A DNA stretch of 64,000 nucleotides from Terrimicrobiaceae bacterium (lineage in GTDB: Bacteria; Verrucomicrobiota; Verrucomicrobiia; Chthoniobacterales; Terrimicrobiaceae), in NCBI GenBank assembly GCA_041752695.1, contig JBGSVZ010000035.1:64001-128000 (forward strand), written 5' to 3'. The stretch's first letter is position 1. Each line of letters starts with the position of its first letter. The notes under the pieces were generated by a model. The model did not search any database and had not been told where the DNA came from. It saw only the letters and a list, made by a program, of their open reading frames with translations. Below, in pieces: positions 30,506 through 40,350 of this stretch. The translations under genes were made by a program, and so were the position numbers.

Positions 30506-31459
30506 ATGAAGCGCACTCATCTGAAACCCGCCATAATCGGCCTAGCCCAGTTTGGGCCTCAGGTCCAGAATGCCGGCTACTTTCAGTTTTCCCGTGCCAC
30601 CGAGTTCAGCTACCGGCTTGGTTCCCACCATTTGATTTTGGTTGAGAGCGGCGAAATTCATGCAAGCCCTCCAAGTGGCCCAGTGCACGGCAACGCCCGC
30701 GATTTGATTTGTTTTCGCCCTGCGAGCACAATGAACTATCGGGTGACCTCCGGCACCGTTTTTTACCAGATCTCGGTGCACTTTGCAGCCCCTCCCCGGC
30801 ATCTGCTAACCCCCGAACTGCCGGAACTTGGGCCCCTGCCGGTCCTTACCCCCACAGGCGAGACCTTCGCAGAATTCCGAAAACTGTTCGAGGCGGTCTG
30901 CGTTCATCTCCCCAAGGGTGGCTCACGCCACCACTTCCACGTGCAAACGTCGGTTTTCCAGATGCTCACCCTGCTAGCATCCATCGGGGCTTCTTTTTCC
31001 GAACTGCCCCTTCCACTGGACCGTTGGGAACGCATTCACCTGCGCCTCGCCTCCGCCGACGGCAGTAAGCTCTCCCAGGCCGACTTGGCCCGCGAACTCG
31101 GCGTCTCCGAGGGCCACTTCGTCCGCATCTTCCGTCAGCGCTTTGGGATGACTCCCGGTCACTGCCGCATGCATGCCCGCCTCGTTGAGGCCGTGCAGAT
31201 GCTGCGCGAAACCGACGAATCGGTGAAATCCGTAGCCTACACCCTCGGCTTTGATGGTGCCAAGGGGCTCACCCGCTCGATGAAAAAATACCTCCACCTC
31301 ACCGCATCCGAAATCCGGCGCGAAACGGAACCCTCGCAGCAAAGCAACTCAAGCAAAACCTCCGGCGCATTGTTCCCCACCAATCAGCACCTGCTACCCC
31401 CTGGCGACCGCGTCGAACTTCTCCTAGCCCGCCTCCACGTCAGCGAACGGCAAATTTGA
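30506..31459 (+). CDS. AraC-family transcriptional regulator
   Basis: LARELGVSEGHFVRIFRQRFGMTP and SVKSVAYTLGF. Confidence 0.88.
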   Translation: MKRTHLKPAIIGLAQFGPQVQNAGYFQFSRATEFSYRLGSHHLILVESGEIHASPPSGPVHGNARDLICFRPASTMNYRVTSGTVFYQISVHFAAPPRHLLTPELPELGPLPVLTPTGETFAEFRKLFEAVCVHLPKGGSRHHFHVQTSVFQMLTLLASIGASFSELPLPLDRWERIHLRLASADGSKLSQADLARELGVSEGHFVRIFRQRFGMTPGHCRMHARLVEAVQMLRETDESVKSVAYTLGFDGAKGLTRSMKKYLHLTASEIRRETEPSQQSNSSKTSGALFPTNQHLLPPGDRVELLLARLHVSERQI

Positions 31460-31595
31460 TGCTCTACCTGCTGAGCCAAACGCTCATTTCTGACCCCGAA
31501 AAGCCGATTTTCGCCCCCTATGTTGGTTTGCCCTGGAAGGTTGCAGGGGCGTAGTTTTTACCAGTTCATCCAGACACAAACTGAAACTAAAATCC

Positions 31596-32534
31596 ATGAA
31601 AACTACGATCAAAAAATCGCTCCTTGGTGCCGTCTGCCTCGCAGTCGTCGGTGCTTATTCCGCCAACGCAGCCTTTTTGGTGGCAGAGAGTTCCTCCGGA
31701 AAGGCTGAGCTCTACGGTTCCAACGGTACCCATCTCAGTACTTTCGCCACCGGACTCAGCACACCACTTGGTGTGGCCGAGGGTGGCGGTTTCGTTTTTA
31801 TCAGCACCTACGGGAACGATATGATCAATAAATACTCACCGAGCGGAACCTCATTGGGTGTAGTCAATTCCTCTGCCACAGGCCATGGTCCTGCTGGTTT
31901 GGCGTTCATCAACGGACGTATCCAAGGTGCGGCTTTTAACATCAGCTACCTCACAAGCAGCGGCCCGGATCCTGCGGCAGAGGACGGAAACCCTGCAACG
32001 CCGCTTTCGTATCTCTTCTACACGCCTTTTGTTGGAAGTGTCCACGGTCTGGCCTCGGCTGCTCCGAATGGTTTTTCCGACATCGTTTATTACACAGGTC
32101 AAAATGGTGCTAACGGGACGCTGGGTTATTGGCAGCCAGGCGTCGATGCCGGGACAATCTATGACTTCGGTGCCACTACTGTGCGAGGTGTTGTCGCGGG
32201 AGGAAGCAACACGATGTATGTCGCGATGTATGACCTCAACAAGGTGGTGAAAATGACTTTTTCCGATGGTGGTTGGACGGCTAGCGACTTCATCACTGAT
32301 ATCAACAACCCGATAGGACTTGCAATCGATGGTAATAACATCTACGTGAGTTCCTTTCTTGATCAAACCATCTCCGGCTACAGCTTGGTCGATGCATCAT
32401 TTCAATCCAGCTTCAATACGCTGGGTGCTCCGCAGTATTTCATCGTTACTGCGGTACCCGAGCCAGGTTCGGTCAGTTTGCTAATGGCCACCGGGCTGGG
32501 AGCCCTCGTGTGGCGTCGGCGTCGGCAGGCCTGA
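31596..32534 (+). CDS. PEP-CTERM surface protein, NHL-like beta-propeller
   Basis: Signal peptide; P.G[VL]A repeats (TPLGVA, GPAGLA, NPIGLA); C-terminal VPEPGSVSLLMATGLGALVWRRRRQA. Confidence 0.9.
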   Translation: MKTTIKKSLLGAVCLAVVGAYSANAAFLVAESSSGKAELYGSNGTHLSTFATGLSTPLGVAEGGGFVFISTYGNDMINKYSPSGTSLGVVNSSATGHGPAGLAFINGRIQGAAFNISYLTSSGPDPAAEDGNPATPLSYLFYTPFVGSVHGLASAAPNGFSDIVYYTGQNGANGTLGYWQPGVDAGTIYDFGATTVRGVVAGGSNTMYVAMYDLNKVVKMTFSDGGWTASDFITDINNPIGLAIDGNNIYVSSFLDQTISGYSLVDASFQSSFNTLGAPQYFIVTAVPEPGSVSLLMATGLGALVWRRRRQA

Positions 32535-32620
32535 TTATTCCAGACCCCCATTTCTTCCGACCTGCCAGTGTCTTCCCAAGTTGATGCTGGCAGGTTTTAT
32601 TTTGTTTTTTTCCTAACTCT

Positions 32621-35395
32621 ATGAAATTCGACACAATGCCTTTTGTCGCTCTCACAATCACGCTAGCTTCGCTGGCTGCGGCAACTGCGTCCGAGCCCCA
32701 AAACTGTTTGGTCGCGAGTCATGCGGCGGGGCGAATTCAGAGTTTTTCACCACAAGCATCAGATGAGAAGATTCAGACCTTTGCCGAAGCTCTACCCCTC
32801 ATCAACGGCATGGCTGAGGGCCCCGATGGGTTTCTCTATCTGACAACGGGCGCTCCCAACCAGAGCGGTAGTATTGTGCGGATTGACCCGCATACTGGGA
32901 TTCCTACCGGCGTTTTTTGGGATGGTAACACCACGGCAGGAACAGTGGCCAAGCGGCTCACCGGAATCGTTTTCCGAGGCGATCTTTGTTACGCAGCAGA
33001 AGCCGATGAGGGCCGGATTCATGTCATCAGCGCAGACAATGGGAGTTGGATTGGCGTCGCGGCAGAATCCCCTGGCGCCGTGATTACCCAGATTTCCGTT
33101 TCGAAGGAGAGACTGCTTGCGGCAGATTTTAGCGGGCAAAAAATCATCGAGTTTCCATCCCTCGGGGATGGTGAGTTCGGCGCGGCAGAAGAACTACACA
33201 GCACGGCGCCATCAGCCCCATGGGCACTGCTAGAAGCCCCCGATGGCCGGATTTTCTATTCCACAAATACCGATGAGATCATTTGCTTGAAAAATGATTC
33301 GACAGAAGTATGGGTCGATGGCGAAGAGGCGCGTCAAGTGATCTATCTTGGCCGGTCTCGCGATGGGAAATCGCTGCTCTTGCCGAGTCACGCCACCGGG
33401 TGGGTGAGTGCCTGGTCAATGACCGAGCCACAACGTCAGGGCTGGGAACGCCAACTGCCTGCCGCAGAGAGCGTGATCTCCATGCTGGAACCTCTCCAAT
33501 CCCCTGATGCTGCCGTACCCGGTGCCACACTCAAACAAGACGGGAGCCCGGGCGAAAACCCGACCGCGGGGATTCTCATCAAAGCGACGGCGAAGACGGG
33601 AAGGATTTCGCACCTTGGTTGGGACACGGAGGGCGGCGGACGTGAGATCAACAATCTCCTGCGGGCACCTATGGAATTTGCGATCAGGCAAGGTGGCAAG
33701 GAGATCCCGCTCCTAGTGGAAGAGATGGAGGTGCTGGAGTCTTCCATTCGAGGGATTCTTTCGCGGAGTAAAGGCGATAAATCGGGCCGCTTCGAGATCG
33801 CCTTGCAAAACAAACACCTTCGCCTCACAGCGAATCTCAACGAGAACGGGGACGGCCAGATTCTTGCCACGTTAAAATTGAACCCGAGGATGTGCTCATC
33901 AAGTTTCCATACCTCCAAGTGGACATCGGTCGACAGCGGCCGCCTGCCAGGAATCTTCATTGCTCCGGATCTCGGCACCATGGAGGTAACATCCGCCCTC
34001 CCCGCGGAAGTGCGCTTCACGGGCGACCGCAAAAAGCGTGAAACGACCCTCGTCTTCTCATCCTCGAGCGGGCCCAAATTGGCGCTGGAGTTTTCCCCGG
34101 TGACCTTGGCGAATCCGACCCCCGGCAAGAACGATGATCTCTGGCAGAAAATCCGGCGCGGATGGTGGAATCTGCCGATCGCCACCTCTCAATGGGGTCC
34201 CACTGATGGCACCGATGGAAGCATCGCTGGCGTCTGGGGCAACAACGTGATCAGCAATCCCGTCGGTTCTACTTTGTTCTGGCTCGCAGATCACATTCTC
34301 CTCCAGCCCGACTGGACCGACGGTCTCTCCGGAGCGGACTTCCTTCGCTACACCGTCGAGTATCATCTGAAAAACAAAGTCACTCCGGAAGGTGAGGTGC
34401 TCTATGTGAATCACAACCCCGGAGCGATGGATGCCAATCCATCGTTGGTCATAGCGTTTTGGGCCGTGGTGGAGGCCACTGGCGATCTCGAATGGATGAA
34501 GGAATGGTGGCCCAAGTTGGCGCCAGCCATCGCTTACATGAATGCCCGCGACGTGGATGGCGATGGGCTCATTGAATCCAAGCAATCCGGTAATCCCGGC
34601 ACCGGTGCCTTCGGAGACACCGCATGGGATACCTACAGCAGCGGCCACAAGAATGCCTACGTCAATGCCCTGGCTCACCGTGCCTACAAATGCCTTGAGG
34701 CCCTTGCGCTGACGACCGGAGATGCAAAATCCGCGACGGAATATGGTGGGCGTGCGGCGAAGCTCAAAGCGGCCTTCCGCCATACGTTCTACAATCCGGA
34801 GACCGGATGGCTCGCGTGGTGGAAGAGCGAGAATGGCACCCTGCACGACGTGCATTCCGATGTGCCGACCAGTCTCGCGACCCTTTGCGGGCTACTGGAC
34901 CTGGCCGACGCCAAGGAGATGTTGGACAAATATTGGACTGCTCTCCAAAACTCCGGCTTCGACAATTTTGCGCTGGGGGTGCCGTTAAATTCCCGCCCGG
35001 TGCCGGCCGCGTGGCAATTCTCTACATGGGGAGGATCGAATCCCGATGGTTCAGAAACCTTCCAAAAATACCTCAATGGTGGATGCACGGTCTCAAACAC
35101 CTTCTGGTTTCTCGCGGCCAATCAGATGGTCGGCAATGGGGACCGCGCGAACGGGATTCTGGACAAAATGGTTGAGCGTCAGCACAAGGGAGTTTTTCCC
35201 AATGGCGGCGGGTTCCAAAATGGTGTAGTGGACATTTATCCCTACGGGGCGGAGTTCTACGACTGGAAGGGCAACACCTGCGGCTACGAAGGCCATCTCG
35301 TCTACAGCTGGACCTTTCTCCAAGCGATTCCTCTCCAAGACCCCACCCTGCAAGAGCGACTCTACGGTTTCCTAGGCAAGTCGCCCGCGCAGTGA
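32621..35395 (+). CDS. Secreted protein: N-terminal beta-propeller + C-terminal (alpha/alpha)6-barrel glycoside hydrolase-like domain
   Basis: Signal peptide; GPDGFLY-type propeller repeats; MDANPSL, TGDLEWM, DVDGDGLIE and WDTYSSGHKNAYVNAL as in GH78/GH116/GDE-like barrels. Confidence 0.7.
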   Translation: MKFDTMPFVALTITLASLAAATASEPQNCLVASHAAGRIQSFSPQASDEKIQTFAEALPLINGMAEGPDGFLYLTTGAPNQSGSIVRIDPHTGIPTGVFWDGNTTAGTVAKRLTGIVFRGDLCYAAEADEGRIHVISADNGSWIGVAAESPGAVITQISVSKERLLAADFSGQKIIEFPSLGDGEFGAAEELHSTAPSAPWALLEAPDGRIFYSTNTDEIICLKNDSTEVWVDGEEARQVIYLGRSRDGKSLLLPSHATGWVSAWSMTEPQRQGWERQLPAAESVISMLEPLQSPDAAVPGATLKQDGSPGENPTAGILIKATAKTGRISHLGWDTEGGGREINNLLRAPMEFAIRQGGKEIPLLVEEMEVLESSIRGILSRSKGDKSGRFEIALQNKHLRLTANLNENGDGQILATLKLNPRMCSSSFHTSKWTSVDSGRLPGIFIAPDLGTMEVTSALPAEVRFTGDRKKRETTLVFSSSSGPKLALEFSPVTLANPTPGKNDDLWQKIRRGWWNLPIATSQWGPTDGTDGSIAGVWGNNVISNPVGSTLFWLADHILLQPDWTDGLSGADFLRYTVEYHLKNKVTPEGEVLYVNHNPGAMDANPSLVIAFWAVVEATGDLEWMKEWWPKLAPAIAYMNARDVDGDGLIESKQSGNPGTGAFGDTAWDTYSSGHKNAYVNALAHRAYKCLEALALTTGDAKSATEYGGRAAKLKAAFRHTFYNPETGWLAWWKSENGTLHDVHSDVPTSLATLCGLLDLADAKEMLDKYWTALQNSGFDNFALGVPLNSRPVPAAWQFSTWGGSNPDGSETFQKYLNGGCTVSNTFWFLAANQMVGNGDRANGILDKMVERQHKGVFPNGGGFQNGVVDIYPYGAEFYDWKGNTCGYEGHLVYSWTFLQAIPLQDPTLQERLYGFLGKSPAQ

Positions 35396-35549
35396 TAGAC
35401 TTTTAGACATGTGGGATCACGCCCACCAAAGCGTTGCCTCAAATGAAGGTGGAGTATTGCCGACGAACTCAAGGAATTGCTAAGCGAATGGGAATAAACC
35501 ACGCCCGGTGATGGTCGGATTACCAACTAGAGCCTTTGAGATGAATATA

Positions 35550-35838
35550 TGCGGAGACGTCGACGGTGCATCTGCACGCCAAACGACGTTACCGTAAACA
35601 TCTCTGGAGAAGATAATCGAGCGTCAGCACGTCGGCATTCGAATGGAGGTGGCTTTCAAAACGGGTGGTCGATCTCCCAACTTGTGGAACGGAGTTTTAC
35701 GATTGGGAGTGAAGACCACCGGCTACGAGGGGCACCTCTTTTTTGCCGGAATTTCTGCCAAGCGATTCCCCTCCAAGATTCCAGCTTGCAAGAGCGACTT
35801 TACGGTTTTCTGCGCAAGTCGCCCTCGCGGTGATAGAC
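35550..35838 (+). pseudogene. Frameshifted duplicate of the 3' end of the 32621-35395 gene
   Basis: ERQH..NGGGFQNG, GYEGHL and QAIPLQD..LQERLYGFL.KSP recur, ending in the same TGATAGAC. Confidence 0.88.
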
Positions 35839-35870
35839 AATCCCGCTCGCGGAGCAAGACGCCCCGCACC

Positions 35871-37004
35871 TCACACGCGGTATTTTTCGATAATTTCCTG
35901 ACGAAGGGGAATGCCGAATCCAGAGGCGGCGGGCACGTGCATGTAGCCGTCCTTAATGACCGGATGCTCGGCCGGTAGGTCGAACCACATGGGATCGCGC
36001 TGGTAGCTGGGGAAAATTTCCACAGCGATGCCGTTGGGCGCCGAGGCGAGCAGATGGAGCGCGACTTGCGGTTCCTCATGGTGGGCCATGCCAATTCCAA
36101 AACATTGCGCCATGCCGGCGATGCGCCGCCACTCGGTGGCTCCGGCCGCAATGGTGGCATCCACGTTGAGGATATCCACCGCACCGCTGGTGATGAGGTC
36201 GCGACAACCGTGCCGGGAGATTTCGCCCTGGCCCGCGTTGACCGGTGTGCCTTCGGCGCGGACGCGGGCATTGCCCACATGCTGATCGTGCCAGCGCACG
36301 GGCTCCTCCAGCCAGGCGAGGTGCAAATCCGTCACTCCGCGCGCGAAGGCCACGGCTTCGCTCACTGTCCACGTCTGGTTGGCATCCGTGCAGAGCAGGA
36401 AATCTTTGCCTCCGACCTTGCGGGCGGTGCGGGCACGTTCGATGTCCTCATCAACCGAGTTTTTCCCAACCTTGAGCTTCATCCCGTAGATCCCCTGTTC
36501 GCGGAATCCGGCCACTTCGGCTTCCAAGTCGCTGGCGGTGATGCCTGGGTTCATATAGCCGCCGATGCCAATCACGCGCACCTTGTCGGCATGGCCGCCG
36601 AGGAGCTTCGCCACCGGCTGTCCGAGTGCTTTGCCGAGCGCATCCCACAGCGCCAGATCCACCGTGGCGATGGCCTGAGTGTGAATACAGTGCTTGGCAA
36701 GGTCGAGTGTGTGGATGCCGCGGTTTCCAAAATCCACCCGAAAATTCCACAGTCGCTCCCAGAGGCGCTCAATGTCGCGGGCATCCTGACCCAACAAAAG
36801 CGGCTGGTAATGCTTATTGACGAGTTCCGCGACCTCGACTTGGTATTCCTCCTCATCACCGCCGAAGATTTCGCCGATGGTTCCATTATCGAGTTCCACC
36901 CGGCAGACCATGGTCGGGCGGCTGGTGATTTTGTAGGTGCCGCCCTGGAAGACGGTTTCCAAATCCCGGCGAAGGGGGATGGCTTCAAGTTTACGGATTT
37001 TCAT
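35871..37004 (-). CDS. Mandelate racemase/muconate lactonizing enzyme family (probable acid-sugar dehydratase)
   Basis: VDLALWD, KLK, metal ligands DANQ / WLEEP / AGQGE, and terminal GFGI. Confidence 0.9.
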   Translation of the reverse strand: MKIRKLEAIPLRRDLETVFQGGTYKITSRPTMVCRVELDNGTIGEIFGGDEEEYQVEVAELVNKHYQPLLLGQDARDIERLWERLWNFRVDFGNRGIHTLDLAKHCIHTQAIATVDLALWDALGKALGQPVAKLLGGHADKVRVIGIGGYMNPGITASDLEAEVAGFREQGIYGMKLKVGKNSVDEDIERARTARKVGGKDFLLCTDANQTWTVSEAVAFARGVTDLHLAWLEEPVRWHDQHVGNARVRAEGTPVNAGQGEISRHGCRDLITSGAVDILNVDATIAAGATEWRRIAGMAQCFGIGMAHHEEPQVALHLLASAPNGIAVEIFPSYQRDPMWFDLPAEHPVIKDGYMHVPAASGFGIPLRQEIIEKYRV

Positions 37005-37540
37005 GGTGGGGCAAGGACGGATTGGTAGAGGTCGCCGCCAACGGTGTCGTTTAGCACGATGGCGGGAAAATTCTCGAAGCGCATGCGGTGGATGGCCTCG
37101 CTAAGGAGGTCGGGGAAGGCGACAACTTCGCACGCGGTGATCGACTGCGAGAGCAGCGCACCGGTTCCACCAATCGCTCCGAAATACACACCACCTTTCT
37201 CGCGCAGGGCGGTTTTCACGGAATCAGCGAGAAAGCCCTTGCCAATGAATCCACGCACGCCATGGGCAAGCAGGCCGGGCATGAAAGCGTTCATGCGGCC
37301 GGCGGTGGTCGGGCCGGCCGAGCCGACGACTTCGCCCGGTTTGGCGGGTGAGGGGCCGACAAAGTAGATGAGTTGCCCGGAGATTTCCACGGGCAGTTCG
37401 CTGCCCGCGGCCAGCATCTCGTGCAGCCGCCGACAGGCCTGATCACGACCGGTCAGCACTTCACCTGAGAGCAGAACCTCCTCACCGGCACGCAGCGAGG
37501 ACGCGGTGACCAAGTCCAGCGGGAGGATCAGTTCTTTCAT
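37001..37540 (-). CDS. Fe-S hydro-lyase (class I fumarase/tartrate dehydratase) beta subunit
   Basis: TGRDQA, GPTTAGRM, IGKG and LSEAI motifs. Start ATG 37540 overlaps the alpha-subunit stop. Confidence 0.9.
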   Translation of the reverse strand: MKELILPLDLVTASSLRAGEEVLLSGEVLTGRDQACRRLHEMLAAGSELPVEISGQLIYFVGPSPAKPGEVVGSAGPTTAGRMNAFMPGLLAHGVRGFIGKGFLADSVKTALREKGGVYFGAIGGTGALLSQSITACEVVAFPDLLSEAIHRMRFENFPAIVLNDTVGGDLYQSVLAPP

Positions 37541-38379
37541 AACACGACCTCTTGGTGGCGGTGCGCATGGCATTCGATATTTACACTTACCGGCAGACTG
37601 GCGATGTGACAGGCTGCGATCTCCACATGCACCGCGAGCGCGGTGGTATCCCCACCATAGCCCTGCGGCCCGATGCCGCTGGCATTAATTCCTTCAATGA
37701 TTTTGCCCTCGAGCTCCGCCAAGTGCGGAACTGGGCTGGGTGCGCCGGTTTCCCGCAGAAGGGATTTTTTGGCAAGGATCGCGGAAACTTCGAAGGACCC
37801 TCCGATGCCCACGCCGACGACAAGTGGCGGACAGGCATTCGGCCCGGCGATTTTCGCGGTTTCCACCACAAACTCGACAATGCCCCCCACCCCTGCAGAT
37901 GGGGTGAGCATCTTGAAGCGGCTCATGTTTTCGCATCCACCGCCTTTGGCGAGCAGTCGTAACGTGAGTTGATCCCCGTGCACCAAATCCGTGTGCAGCA
38001 TCGCGGGTGTGTTATCGCCGGTGTTCTTGCGCTGCACCGGATCGCCGGTAACCGATGCCCTTAGAAATCCTGCGCGGTAGCCGGTACGCACACCGTCGTT
38101 GATCGCATCACGAAGCAACCCGCCGGTGATGCGTACGTCTTGACCGACCTCGGCAAAAATGACAACGAGCCCGGTATCCTGGCACATCGGGATGCTTCGG
38201 ATCTCGGCAACTTCGGCGTTTTGCAGGATGCGGGTGAGTGCGTTTTTAGCAACGGGATTGGTCTCGCGTTGCACTCCGCGGCGCAGGACGCGCAGCATGT
38301 CCTCGGACAGCACAAAGTTCGCCTGCTGGCACATTCGCGCCACGGCCTCACTGATGGCTTCCGCCGGGATTTCGCGCAT
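37537..38379 (-). CDS. Fe-S hydro-lyase (class I fumarase/tartrate dehydratase) alpha subunit
   Basis: PMCQDTG, KGGGCEN, ACPP.VVGVGIGG and CHAHRH. Confidence 0.92.
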   Translation of the reverse strand: MREIPAEAISEAVARMCQQANFVLSEDMLRVLRRGVQRETNPVAKNALTRILQNAEVAEIRSIPMCQDTGLVVIFAEVGQDVRITGGLLRDAINDGVRTGYRAGFLRASVTGDPVQRKNTGDNTPAMLHTDLVHGDQLTLRLLAKGGGCENMSRFKMLTPSAGVGGIVEFVVETAKIAGPNACPPLVVGVGIGGSFEVSAILAKKSLLRETGAPSPVPHLAELEGKIIEGINASGIGPQGYGGDTTALAVHVEIAACHIASLPVSVNIECHAHRHQEVVL

Positions 38380-38387
38380 GGGTTTTG

Positions 38388-39359
38388 TCAGGCGAAGAGA
38401 AAGTCGCCCACGGTTTTTGGATCCGGCACAGGGCTCGCTTTGGCGAAGGCCAAAGCGTCATCGGCCTCTTTTTGCGCGAGGGCCTCGAGTTTGCGGAGTT
38501 TCGCAGCATCCACTCCAAATTCCCCGACAAGGCGCTTTTCAAAGCGGGGGATAGGGTCGGCTGTTTTCCATTTCATGGCCTCCTCCTCGTCCTCGTATTT
38601 GCCGGCAGAAATTGCGCTGTGGCGTTCCCATCGAACAGTCTTGCACTCAAGCAGGGTGGCACCATCCCCTCGTCGCGCTAGGGCCACGGCCGTTTGCATG
38701 GCCTCGTGCACCAGCAGCGGGTCATTACCGTCCACTTTCATTCCGGCCAGGCCGAAGCCCTCGGCATGCTGGCACACGTCCTCAACGGATTTGCCAATGT
38801 GGGCCGGCACCGAAATGGCGTAGCCATTGTTTTCACAAACAATCACCAGCGGGATTTTCCAGAGTGCCGCCATGTGCAGGGTTTCCAGAAATGCCCCCTC
38901 GCTGGTGGCTCCCTCTCCAAGATACGCGACGGTGACACGACTATTTTTGCGCTTTTTGTTGGCGAGAGCCATTCCCGCGGCAATCGGGATGTGCGCGGCC
39001 AGGATGGCGTTGGTTCCCCAGAAATCCTTGCTCACATCGCAAAGGTGCATTGAACCTCCCCGGCCCTTGCAGCAACCATCCTGCTTGCAAAGCAACTCGC
39101 TCATCACGGCTTTCATTTCCAGACCTTTGGCGAGGGCATGCCCGTGGCCGCGGTAGGTGGCAAACACTTGATCCGTCGGCTCCAAGGCAGCGGCACAGCC
39201 CACCGCAATCGCTTCCTGGCAAATGCACGGGTGCGTGGTGCCTTGAAACAGTCCTTCGCGAAAACTGCCAATAGCATGGTTTTCGAAAGCCCGGATACAG
39301 CTCATTTTGTGATACCAGGCCAGCAGGGTCTCCACCGGAATTTGTGATTTTTTACTCAT
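38388..39359 (-). CDS. TPP-dependent 2-oxoacid dehydrogenase E1 alpha subunit
   Basis: TYRGHGH, GRGGSMH and TPP motif GEGA...CENN. Confidence 0.92.
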   Translation of the reverse strand: MSKKSQIPVETLLAWYHKMSCIRAFENHAIGSFREGLFQGTTHPCICQEAIAVGCAAALEPTDQVFATYRGHGHALAKGLEMKAVMSELLCKQDGCCKGRGGSMHLCDVSKDFWGTNAILAAHIPIAAGMALANKKRKNSRVTVAYLGEGATSEGAFLETLHMAALWKIPLVIVCENNGYAISVPAHIGKSVEDVCQHAEGFGLAGMKVDGNDPLLVHEAMQTAVALARRGDGATLLECKTVRWERHSAISAGKYEDEEEAMKWKTADPIPRFEKRLVGEFGVDAAKLRKLEALAQKEADDALAFAKASPVPDPKTVGDFLFA

Positions 39360-39372
39360 GAGGATCGAAGGT

Positions 39373-40350
39373 TCAGGCCATCACTTCGCGCACGGCAGCG
39401 ATGACATTGTCTTTGTTCGGAAATGCGAAGTCCTGCAAGGTGCCCATTGGCGCAGGGTGGTCGGCGGCAGCAACTCGCAGGATGGGGGCTTCAAGAAAAT
39501 CAAAGGCACCCTCTTGGGCGGACTGGGCAATTTCTGCGCCAGCTCCTCCGGTTTTTGAGGCTTCATGGGCAACCACGAGACGCCCGGTTTTGATGACCGA
39601 GTTGACGAGGCCCTCTCGGTCGAGCGGGGCGAGCGTGCGCAGGTCAAGCACCTCGCAATCGACTCCTTCCGCTGCCAGTTCTTCAGCCGCTTCAAGGCAA
39701 GGGCGCACCATGCCGCTGTAGGTGGCAAGAGTGACATGCCGACCCTCGCGGGCAACCCGCAGCCTACCGAAAGGGATTGGTTCATCGGCTTCCGGCACCT
39801 CACCTTTTGCGCCGTAGAGGCGGACGTGTTCAATATAGAGCACCGGGTTGCCATCGCGCAGCGCGGTGAGCATGAGCCCCTTCGCGTCCGCCGCGTTCGA
39901 TGGCACCACAACCCGCAGGCCGGGGATGTGCATGAACCAAGCTTCCAGACTTTGGGAATGCTGCGCTCCCAAGCCAAGGCGATTCACAATCGGTGTGCGC
40001 ACGACAAGCGGCACGCTCACCTGGCCGCCCATGGTAAAACGCATCTTGGCGGCTTGGTTGACAATCGCATCCGATGCGAGCGTGATAAAATCGATGAACT
40101 CGATCTCCACCACAGTGGGCATGCCCGCCATGGCAAGACCAATTCCAAAGCCGGTGGTGGCGGCTTCTGCGACCGGGCCGTCCGTCACTCTCTCGGCACC
40201 GAATTCGTCATAAAGACCCCTGTAAACCCCGAAGGTCCCTCCATACGGACCAATGTCCTGGCCGAGCAGGGTGATATCGGGATTGCGGCGCATCTCATGA
40301 CGCAGGGCTTCGTTGATGGCTTCTGCCATGCTCAGTTTGCGATGACTCAT
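39373..40350 (-). CDS. 2-oxoacid dehydrogenase E1 beta subunit
   Basis: AQHSQS, DAKGL, DLRTLAPLD and KTGRLVVAHEA. Confidence 0.92.
   Translation of the reverse strand: MSHRKLSMAEAINEALRHEMRRNPDITLLGQDIGPYGGTFGVYRGLYDEFGAERVTDGPVAEAATTGFGIGLAMAGMPTVVEIEFIDFITLASDAIVNQAAKMRFTMGGQVSVPLVVRTPIVNRLGLGAQHSQSLEAWFMHIPGLRVVVPSNAADAKGLMLTALRDGNPVLYIEHVRLYGAKGEVPEADEPIPFGRLRVAREGRHVTLATYSGMVRPCLEAAEELAAEGVDCEVLDLRTLAPLDREGLVNSVIKTGRLVVAHEASKTGGAGAEIAQSAQEGAFDFLEAPILRVAAADHPAPMGTLQDFAFPNKDNVIAAVREVMA

Noticed and set aside
36054..37028. Long antisense ORFs (e.g. 36054-37028, 6706-7620, 39565-40410, 34058-34855)
   Set aside because: These are shadows of well-supported genes on the opposite strand in GC-rich DNA, with no recognisable motifs.
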